The translations under genes and the position numbers were made by a program. A stretch of 60,112 nucleotides of DNA, counting the filler, from Sphacelaria rigidula (Eukaryota): assembly GCA_964200075.2 (NCBI GenBank). It is 5 parts of 5 records of this genome, joined end to end, with 100 filler letters (N's around TTAATTAATTAA, not from the genome) between each part and the next. Parts side by side here need not be neighbours in the genome. Positions count along the whole stretch, not along the records: positions 48,171 to 60,112 come from CAXNAA020004309.1; 4 more parts are not named here. The stretch is one strand, 5' to 3'. Positions 51,101-60,112 of this stretch are shown in pieces (the first letter of the stretch is position 1; every line of letters starts with the position of its first letter). Under the pieces are notes generated by a model. It did no database searches and was not told the origin of the DNA. It was given only the letters and a program-made list of their open reading frames with translations.

Positions 51101-52729
51101 GTTGTCAAGTAGTAGACCATCCGGTCCCAGGTTAGGTTATACAAAGGCCTCTCCTTGTTGGGTTTTCATCCCTTAAGTAAGTTCGAAACGAATGTACCCC
51201 AGGATTGTGTATGGGGGAGCCGTCCGCGCTTCTAAGATCCATAGATTCCGGCGGTACTGGCTTCATATCAGCTGCCATGATGGCCAAGGTTTCATCCATG
51301 AACTTTTGCTAATACACCGTACATCTGCTGTCGAATCGATTGGGATGTTTTCAGCGAGGGTACGGTTCACTCTGGCTGCGACTCTAACGCGGGCTGATGC
51401 ACAGGATAGTGCCAAGAGCGCATCTGTATACCTGGCGAGCGATGATGCGTCGTATGAGTCATGATAGTGATCGTCCAAGATCGGGTTGAAAAAAGAAAGA
51501 CTGGTGTTTCGATTTGGAATCAACAGCCCCTGCTTACAACGGGATGTAACCTTATCGGTTCCTTGGGGGTACGGCGCAGAATGTAACATGGCTGAAAGCC
51601 TCAACAAGTTGAGCTACATGTTCGATGATGGCCCCCCGTGTGGTGTATTGTTTTCTCCATAGCTGCTCTGAAGGCTGCTTAGGAACCAACTCTCATCGTG
51701 CTCTTTCCAGCTTCTGTTTCTAGTATGTACTTTCACCCTCCTGTTTTGGTGCCCGTCTGGAGGAGTGAGTTACTGTACTGACCGAGAAACCCGCATTCCT
51801 CCGATATGTTTTCCTATCAGACGGTTGACACTTTTCTCCATTTCATGCGTGATGAGGTGTGGGATCTTGAACTGTCTGTTCTTCTCAACTTCTCTCAGTT
51901 TGAGTGCTGGGATGCGGTGAGACCATCCGATACACCTTTTTCTTTCGCTCGCTACATGGTAAGGAATGACGAGGTCGTGCAATCGCAGGTTGAGTAACTT
52001 ATTTGTTGATGATATTTCGAGTCACCGCGTTTCCAGAGGTCGGCCTGCTTGATTAATTGCCATGACTTTCGCGTGATGGTGGTGGAAGGTTGGTTGGTAA
52101 GTGTGGATTCGCTGTTTAATCAGCCATTCTGGTGACATATAATGCACGCTGAAGAGACTAATTTCGCGTTTTCGCTGTTTGACTAGCCGTACAGGTGACA
52201 TATACTGCACCCTGAGAAGTCTAACTTCGCGTTTCGCTCTTTGATTAGTCATGCGGGTGGTATATAAATGCACATTGAGCGGCTAATTTCGCGTTGATCC
52301 AAACTTATGACTCGAATAATCTTTCAACTCGAATAATTACGCACATGACCCATACGTTTCACCTGGAGTAGCGTTCTTCGGGGGATCCTAGTGTTTCCGG
52401 TGTCGGGGAGCAGTCGGTTCTCGTTCCACTTTTTACTTCTAAGGCCTGTCTTGCTTGAGTTCTGTTCTGTTGTCGCCAGTGTGAGGAAGGCGTATTGCTA
52501 GAGTAGTCAGATATCTACGGGGGGAGACTACCGTCCTGATGCCGAAGGAACTCCGAGGCTGGCGATGATCGCCTCTTGTATATGTACGCAAAAAGTGGGG
52601 TCAGACTAGAAGTGTCGACCAGGACCGTGAGGGATGTTGGACCGTCTTATATTAGGCTCTTCCTGACATCGCCCCGAGTTGTCTAGTTACAGGGTCCTCG
52701 GTAATTTGGTCCTTCCGGACCGTTCCCAC
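48171..52729 (-). mobile_element. Degenerate Ty3/gypsy-type LTR retrotransposon (internally deleted)
   Basis: Diverged direct repeats at 48171-48431 and 52490-52729. On the minus strand the LTR ends ...CCTCACA (52480), followed by PBS-like TGGCGACA. A PPT-like GAAGAGGGGGGAAA lies near 48512-48525. The integrase C-terminal motif PYFLLFGRQPRLPMD is at about 49900-49945. Frames are broken and no recognisable RT core was seen. Confidence 0.8.
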
Positions 52730-52908
52730 TATGGTCATGTTTTGGTTTTGATGATGTAGAAATAGATGTCAGGGAGTGTGTAGGAAATAAATCAAGTTCA
52801 TCCGCAACTTGAGCGGTAGATCGAGTTACGGTTCAACATGAACAGTAACATAAGTAGACCGTAGAACAGACAATACGAACGGCTTTTTACTGTAGGGTTA
52901 CGTTCCCG

Positions 52909-53010
52909 GGTGGCCACTGGGGTGCCTGTAACCTGAAATTCGGACGCTGCAGGCCTTCCACCACGTCTGTAACATCCAAATTTCAGGTTACAGGCACCCC
53001 AGTGGCCACC
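52909..53010. repeat. 102-nt hairpin (candidate pre-miRNA or foldback remnant)
   Basis: Perfect 32-bp arms at 52909-52940 and 52979-53010, plus imperfect pairing up to a short loop. Confidence 0.75.
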
Positions 53011-53871
53011 TTTGCAGGGTTGATGAATCGACAGATCGAACTGTTAATGCCAGAATAGTGAACAGCTTGACTCGAGGAGTCCACCGTATCAAGAGTGTGT
53101 GGATGAAGAGTTCGAGGTTGAATAGTTCAAGTCGTTCAGTTTAAAGTACGAAAGGATTTGTTGAGATGGGACCGTTTATTGAGATACCAACTCGTGGTCA
53201 CTCTCTGTTATCTTCGCTCAATCAAGCCCTTCAGCTTGTCATTGGGTTGTGCAGTAGTAAGAAACCAAGTTATTTTCTTGTGTCTATTTGGCCGAAGTGA
53301 AGCGCCAAATGTCAACCATTTCTTTTTCCTCAATCGCACAAGTGTTCAACAATACTGCACCGTCAGCTTCTGCGAGCTCTCTTGTCAAAGCTGGGTCCAC
53401 GTGGTGGACCAATTATTCCTGTCGAGTTGACAGTCGAACGTTGTGTATTATACACAAGCCATAGTCGTACTTTGAACAGGATGCAGCTCACTTTTCACGC
53501 GAACCACCAAACACATCACTGTGCTTTGCGGTGGGTGGTTGCCAGCCTGCCCCGGAGAAATACCGGCGTGCTTCATCCTGACTTTGTAGCGATGCGAGGT
53601 CGAAGGTGTGATGACTACGGCACGCCAGATCATGAGTACAAACTATTTTGGCATGCCTTTTGGCAGTACGATGGTGTGATCGCGCAGTTATTTTCGGGGA
53701 TTCCTACATGCGAGGGTTTGTAGTGTGCCCGTCGCAGTACCGAAAGGGGATGGTGGAAGGTTTTTTCCCTTACCCAGTCATTGTTGCAGATATTGAGGTA
53801 GGTGCTGCTGCTGCCTTCGGTCATGTTCTACTCGCTTCGAACCTGGAAGTCGTGTTTCGAGAGATACTCAC

Positions 53872-56800
53872 CCTTCTCGCAACATTCTTTCCTGTTGCAC
53901 TTGCCGCTGCACTCCTTGTCGCCGACGTTCAGGAAGCCGTCCGGACAGGTGAAGTCCTTCTTACATGTTTTTTTCTCTGCAACGGCGAGGAAATAATGCA
54001 TGATCGACGAATAGTTTCAGCACTACAGTGAGGAGCCAGTCTATTGTGACGTAATGCTGGTGCGTGTCTCGCCATGGGCCAGGACGGAGGTGTCGCTGCG
54101 TGCTAATATTGCCAGCGGTTCGTGAGCTCAAAGCTCCGAAATGGCCGATCATTTCGTGTGAATCCAAACCTGTGTCATGACGGTCGCTGCCTAGCCTCGA
54201 ACTGCATTGAAACAGCGTTAGCACTGCCGCCCCGAGTCACGTCGACGATTCGTCATAGACCCGTCTGTTTCGGAGACCTCAGAATGTTCCGGGAATTTTG
54301 AACTCTGCGTCCAGACTTCTTTGGGTGTAAAGCGGCTTGGCTTCACTGCGTAGCTTTATTTTTGAAGAAGTACAAAACCGTCGGACGGTAATTAGGCTTT
54401 TACTTATTATGCTAGCACGTTTTTTGAAGAATTCGTTCATCTTCAAAATGATGTGGGTTCGCTATGAAGTAAAACTGTGTTAGTATAAAAAGTAAAAGCC
54501 TAACGGCAATGCAGCACTTCGGAGAGCTGCCCTGTGTATACGCGGTGGCGCTTGCCAGCATTCGAGAGTCATCAGGTACCTTGCCATTCCCTAATATTTC
54601 GGATATAAAATAAAACGGTGTCGATAATAAATTGGCATCGATTGCGTCAGCACCGATGTGTGATGCCGATGGCCCCTATACCCAGAGACCACGCTCATCG
54701 ACACACTCACCTTCTTCACAGCATTCACGCATGTCGCACTTGCCGCTGCACTCCTTGTCGCCGACGTTCAGGTAACCCTTGGGGCAGGTGAAGTCGTCTT
54801 TACAGGTTTTCTTCTCTGCAATGTCCAGAGGGCGGCATGTGTGTGGTGAATGGTATGCGAGGAACGACTGTAGAACGTTCCGTGTCACTTCTGGTCGGCT
54901 CTTTTTCCTCATATATTCAGTTTCTCTCAACCAATCTCAATCTCTCTCAATGATCCACACTGGATATCTCTCCTACTCAATCTCTCACTCACACTCGCCA
55001 AACACTCTTGAGCAAACCCCAGAGCAAGGCACGATAGCAGCGACACGCAACCAGACTGTGGGCTTGGCGCCGCCAAGCTGTTTGTACAGCGATCGTATTG
55101 CATTCGCAAAAGCTGCGATATTAGACACCATTCTTCTGATTGGCTGTCACGAACCTCCGCAGCTCCAACATGGTTGATGCTACATATGTGTACTGCACCT
55201 TCTTCACAGCATTCGCGCGTGTCGCACTTGCCGCTGCACTCCTTGTCGCCGACGTTCAGGTAACCCTTGGGGCAGGTGAAGTCGTCTTTACAGGTTTTCT
55301 TCTCTGCAATGTCCAGAGGGCGGCATGTATGTGGTGAACGGTATGAGACGAGAAGCCGCACTGATGCGCTGGTTATTGTCCACAGAACTCTGGTTTCCGT
55401 AAGCGGCAGTCACAAGGCCTTATTCAGGGCGAAGAACAACTGTAGAACGTTCCGTGTCACTTCTGGTCGGCTCTTTTTCCTCATATATTCAGTTTCTCTC
55501 AACTAATCTTCACCTCACTCGATTACTCGCGCTGGATATCTCTCCTACTCATAGATGGCTCTGCTTTGCATCGCGCTTCTAACTTCAACATCCTTTCCAT
55601 CATTGGAATGTAGTCGAAAAGGGACAGAAGAGACAGACGCCTTCAATGAAGAGCGATGGGACTCGCCTTCTTTGGCGGGATCTGAGCCGCCGGCGTGAAG
55701 GAGAGAGAGTGCCAGAGCTGGTAGAACCCTTTTTAACGAAGGGGATTCCCCTTTTTCACAATTCACAACAGGGGATTGGCCCCATAACGACCAGTCCCCA
55801 GTCCTATCGACAAGCAGTTTTGTACAGATTCGAACCCAGATCTGCACGCAGGTTGAGAAATGCGGCGGGTCTGGAAGTGGTCGATAGTCCAAGCAGGTCC
55901 AAGGCGTGTAATGTTGCAGACAAGAGAGAAGAAAGGAACACAACACCAACACACCCAGCCTCGAAGAAATACCCACAGACACCCATCACTCACGCGCATT
56001 AGTTTCACTGCGAGCCCTTGCTGATCTACACACGGCAGTCTTTGTTTGATAGAAATCCGTTCTGTATTGGACGAATGGCGGCTGCAGGCGTTTTAAGAAC
56101 AACCGAAAACGTGTCGTTGCTGACCGTTGTGTAAGCGTGTGCTGCGCGCGCGTCTTACACAAATCATGATTTCTCAATGAATTCTGAACAGATGTGAGCA
56201 AGGTCACGCATAACGTGCACAGCTGATGAGCAGCTACGGCTCGATTTGCTGTCAAACAAGACAGACTGTTGTGTGTACGCTCAATCTCAGCGGAGACCAA
56301 ACCATCTTCGCAATCACCAACGAAAAATAACAAAACATACCCAGCTACTGCAGTGTATCTATCCACAGGTGATAGCGTGCTGTCCACCTCCCCTGTCCGA
56401 GTACAGGCTGTACTCTGCAACCAGAGAGAGTACAGTAGTGACGGTGTCATACGGTATAAAGTCCGTCTTCAGGTTCTGAAACTAGAGAACACTTCAGAAC
56501 TGCCGTGTTGTCGGGTGTATTCTGCACTTCATATACCACTGCAGAGTTGTCTTGTGCTGAGTGTACCACCCTGTACTCCAGATAATGGGGTCATGTTTCA
56601 AGCTGTTCTTGAAAAATCCTGTTTGTTTTTCGAAAAGTTCTCGAAAAGATCCAGGCTGTTATACTCTGACAAAGTAATTACAGCACCGGGATTCGGGGTA
56701 CATCTGCGTACTTGTGCATTCGGGCGATTTCACACGCCGATTTTTCGAGTTAGACGAGCCTTAAACGTTGCGCATGAGTGCTCTGGGATGTTTACAGACT

Positions 56801-59096
56801 CTGGAGAGATCTACAGTATGCAATGAGCTTTATATTTTTTGTCGGTTTTTGGCAGACATCTGGAATCCCAGAGAGCGGTCTGTCACACCGCCCCCTGGGA
56901 CACCGGGTATCTGACGGAAAACACGATAAATATGACCCCCCTTTGATACGTAGTTCCTTAATACTCGGAGAACCCATGTGCAAACTTTCAGCGTAAAAAT
57001 CTAAAAACCGGCGTGATAAGCGCTGAGTACATTTCGGCATCTCACCCTGGACCAGCCGGTATAGGGCAGACGAAGTCGTCCGTGCATGTCCTTTCTCTTC
57101 ATGACACAAATACAGGCGATGGGAAAAATCATCGCCTTCGAGAAAGAAACTCGCGACCGTTTGGCTGGAGTTCGAAGATGAAGCATTTTTGGTGGCATCT
57201 CACCGCCTCGGGTGCAACGACGGCACCTTGTTGCAAAAATCTAGACGTGAGTCTTTGTTCATTACGTTTGAAGAAAGTTGTTGCAACAGAGATAAGCAGC
57301 ACAACCCGTTGCGGTTCAATCAAACTACGAAACAGGTAATACCGTTTCATTCGTATCCTTTTCACGGAAAGTATCTTTTTTGTGTTGATTAATAGTCTCC
57401 TTGTTTGAATATTTCAAGTAGGATATTGCTGGAGTAGGGGTGTTACCATGAGTTTTCAATGAAATACATTCTAGCAGAGTAATTACGCCACTGTCATGTG
57501 ATAAAGGGTGAAGGCACCTTGAGAAGGGTGTAATGGTGTTCATCAAGATTGTTCCAAGGTTCAGACCTCTGTGTACGTTGTTTGTTTACTCAGCTCAGCA
57601 GCGCGGGCTGACCACAATCGCTTTCATGTAATTCGCACAAGGAGACAACGAGCACATACAGACCAGGATAGCACCGTTTTATCACGCAATTGACTGCATC
57701 CAACTTCACCAATAGAAAGGGAGATACAACACAAACCGAAACAAGCCGAAACCTCTATCACTCAAACACACCAGACAAAACAGCAGCCCGACTACTGCTC
57801 TCATCTCTGGGACTCACTTTCTCGCGGTTTGTAGATACTCCACCCGGAACTGTGGAGTCGCAGCCCAAACCAGAATGAACTAGAGCGGGGACGTAGGGGC
57901 TGCTATTTCAAACGTGTTTCGCCGTCCCCTAAATCAACATAAGCTGAGGTCATACGATAAAATCCAAAAGCCGTGCTCCTCAATTCATGCCCATGGTTGG
58001 GTCACCATCTTTTTTCGAATTCAAATACATGCTCTCCGTAGAAGGTCAACCTCAAGGGGCAGCGAAGTCTCCGCTACTTGAACATGAAAATGTCCATCAT
58101 TTAATGTCATATTTGCCCAAGATCATGGCTACGTCCTGCAGTCACATCATATCACACCACGTAAGCTGAAAAATATCTTGTGCGCAAAATTGCACTCGAT
58201 CTAAACTTCACAGCTGGCAAGGCTACCGCGTCAGCAGTAGCGAGGTTAAATGGGATGACACGATTTGATCCCACGCACGTGTAGAGGGCTTTGCCTCTTG
58301 TTCCAGAATTGAGTATGCTTGGATTCGGTGGTCTCTACCGCCCTTGTATTCACTCTCCGAAGCTCACCTAGCTCTTCTTCGTTTCCTCAGCCCTCTGCAT
58401 TTAAAAGAGACTGCTCAAATTTGTTCGGCCGAGTGATCAGCCTCAAATACCATTTGTCTTTCTTGACGGTCTGTCTGCTGCAGAAGCAAGTGGTTTTACC
58501 ACCACTTTACAATCTCTGCCATACACTTCTGACCACTTGACGGTAGTAGGTCTATTTTAAGGACAGTACCAAACACCACGAGGCAATAAAGCCAACACAC
58601 CCCACATTCGCCGTTGCGGCGATAGTCGGAATGTTTGAAGATGCACACATACTGACTGTAATGCGTGAGAGGACCGCGTGCTTAGAGGACCGCGTCATAA
58701 CTCGAAACACCCCAGGATCGACGTTTTTCAAAGGCAATCGAGCCAGTCCCCGCAGGGATCACGCCCCCGACCCTAACACTAACACCAACACTAACACTAA
58801 CACTAACACTAACACTTACCCAAACACTAACACTAATACTAACACTAACACTGACACTAACACTGGCACTAACCATAGCGATGTTTAAATTCTGTTGCGG
58901 TCCTCCAAGCACGCAGTCCTCTCACGCATTACACTGACCTCCTGTGTTGACGTTTGGTGGCACAGTATCCGCAACACAAATTCAGCTTACCCTGGACGCA
59001 GCACTCGTCTTTGTCGCACTTGCCGCTGCACTCCTTTCGATCATCGTCAATGGGCTTCCAGTCGCGTGGGCACTTGAAACGTTTGCATGTTTCTTG
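53872..59096 (-). CDS. Cys-rich repeat protein, one 6-Cys module per exon (probably secreted or cell-surface; partial)
   Basis: Exons 58991-59096 (QETCKRFKCPRDWKPIDDDRKECSGKCDKDECCVQ), 55199-55303 and 54711-54815 (EKKTCKDDFTCPKGYLNVGDKECSGKCD[T/M]RECCEE) and 53872-53976 (EKKTCKKDFTCPDGFLNVGDKECSGKCNRKECCEK). All have CAG acceptors and G|GT donors. The last three are 105 nt and phase 1-1. Confidence 0.8.
58657..58933. mobile_element. MITE family G with an expanded (ACTAAC)n tract
   Basis: TIR TGTAATGCGTGAGAGGACCGCGTGCTTAGAGGACCGC; TSD CTGAC/CTGAC. Confidence 0.85.
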
Positions 59097-59511
59097 CTGG
59101 TGTACGTGATACAGCAGACGGCAGGCGTACACTAATCGGTTTGCCCGTGTTACGTCGTATTATCATGGTAAGGATTCACACCCTGGACAATGGATACAAC
59201 AACAGTTCATTGCTTCAGCAATAGACACGGGGAAAAATCGATCGATACATATTATCGAACACGATAGATGGTGAGACATATATATATATATATAGACATA
59301 TATATATATATTGATATGTATCGCAAGGGACAATAGATATTGCAATAGTCGATCGATAGCCTATGGCAAATACAGTAGATGAAAATCACTCGCTCGAGAT
59401 GCTCGCATCGATGGGGATCGTGTACCGCAGAAGATTCTGGGCTGTATATATCGGTAGCAATTAATTGCCGTGACCAAAAGATTTGGTGAGCAATCCATTG
59501 ATAGTCATCGC

Positions 59512-59977
59512 TGTAATGCGTGAGAGGACCGCGTGCTAAGAGGACCGCGCCGTAGTTCAGAATACCTCAGGATCGATGTTTCTCAAAACTAATCGGGTCA
59601 GTCCCTGCAGGTACCATGCCCCTGACCCCAACCCCAACACTAACCCTAACCCTAACCCCAACCGACACTTTCTACGATAGCCCCCCCCCAAAACCAGCTA
59701 AAATGTCACGAAACAAATGGCCATACAACGCATGATTTTCGGGTTTAGACTGCATAAAGCGCCTCATATTGACGACATTGGCTAGAACGAAGCCAAGCGT
59801 GGGAATTCCCAGCTTCTCGTTGTGCTCGGTTTTTCCCATTTCGATTTTCGTGAAGATTTTGCCTGCCAAAACCATACACTTTGGGGAGGGGGGGGGGCTA
59901 TCGTAGAAAGTGTCAACCATGGGGGTTTTCAAATTCCGATACGGTCCTCTAAGCACGCGGTCCTCTCACGCATTACA
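59512..59977. mobile_element. MITE family G with a (CCCTAA)-like tract and a nested insertion
   Basis: Same TIR as 58657-58933; TSD ATCGC/ATCGC. Confidence 0.85.
59664..59914. mobile_element. MITE nested in the telomere-like tract of family G
   Basis: TIR GACACTTTCTACGATAGCCCCCCCCC; 4-bp TSD AACC/AACC. Confidence 0.8.
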
Positions 59978-60112
59978 ATCGCCGTTATCAATAGGTTTGA
60001 TGAGCCATCCATCGATAGTTATTGCCGTCATCAATAGACTAAGTGAGTTATCCATCAATACCTATTACCGCCATCAATAGATTTGGTGAGCCGTCTATTG
60101 GTAGCCCCTGCC

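Noticed and set aside
53630..53824. WSC-like reading ITPSYCQKACQNSLYS
   Set aside because: The continuation runs into a dispersed repeat with stops, and there is no convincing splice context.
612..59096. Apparent cell-wall gene cluster (glucan synthase, SGNH enzyme, Cys-rich protein)
   Set aside because: The genes lie in different blocks separated by artificial linkers, so linkage is unsupported.
7..60037. Most short ORFs in the six-frame track (poly-I, CV, HT, NT, poly-P/G)
   Set aside because: They are translations of microsatellites, MITEs or antisense exon frames.
59400..60112. Spaced CCATCAATAG-like repeats resembling a CRISPR array
   Set aside because: This is a degenerate minisatellite with no unique spacers or cas genes, in a eukaryotic context.

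Overview
Eukaryotic nuclear DNA, intron-rich and repeat-rich, most consistent with a brown alga or related stramenopile (inference from gene structure and gene content). The window is not one contiguous locus. It is five almost equal blocks (1-11943, 12044-23986, 24087-36028, 36129-48070, 48171-60112) joined by 100-nt N/TTAATTAATTAA linkers. Shared repeat families suggest a single genome. Four partial spliced genes could be reconstructed by hand with consistent intron phases: (1) a GT48 1,3-beta-glucan (callose) synthase on the minus strand; (2) an 11-exon gene of unknown function encoding a coiled coil followed by a Gly/His/Pro-rich region on the plus strand; (3) a 7-exon SGNH-hydrolase-like gene on the minus strand; (4) a gene built from tandem, phase-symmetric 105-nt exons that each encode one 6-Cys module on the minus strand. 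The rest is a dense, often nested set of transposon remnants: a gypsy LTR element, hAT elements, and Sola-like, Tc1-like, CMC-like and Ginger-like MITEs, plus foldbacks and microsatellites. I could not support any clearly novel multi-gene system. The most interesting observations are the one-exon-one-module Cys-rich gene, GC-AG introns in three of the four genes, a MITE family carrying variable telomere-like tracts, and tRNA-derived palindromes.
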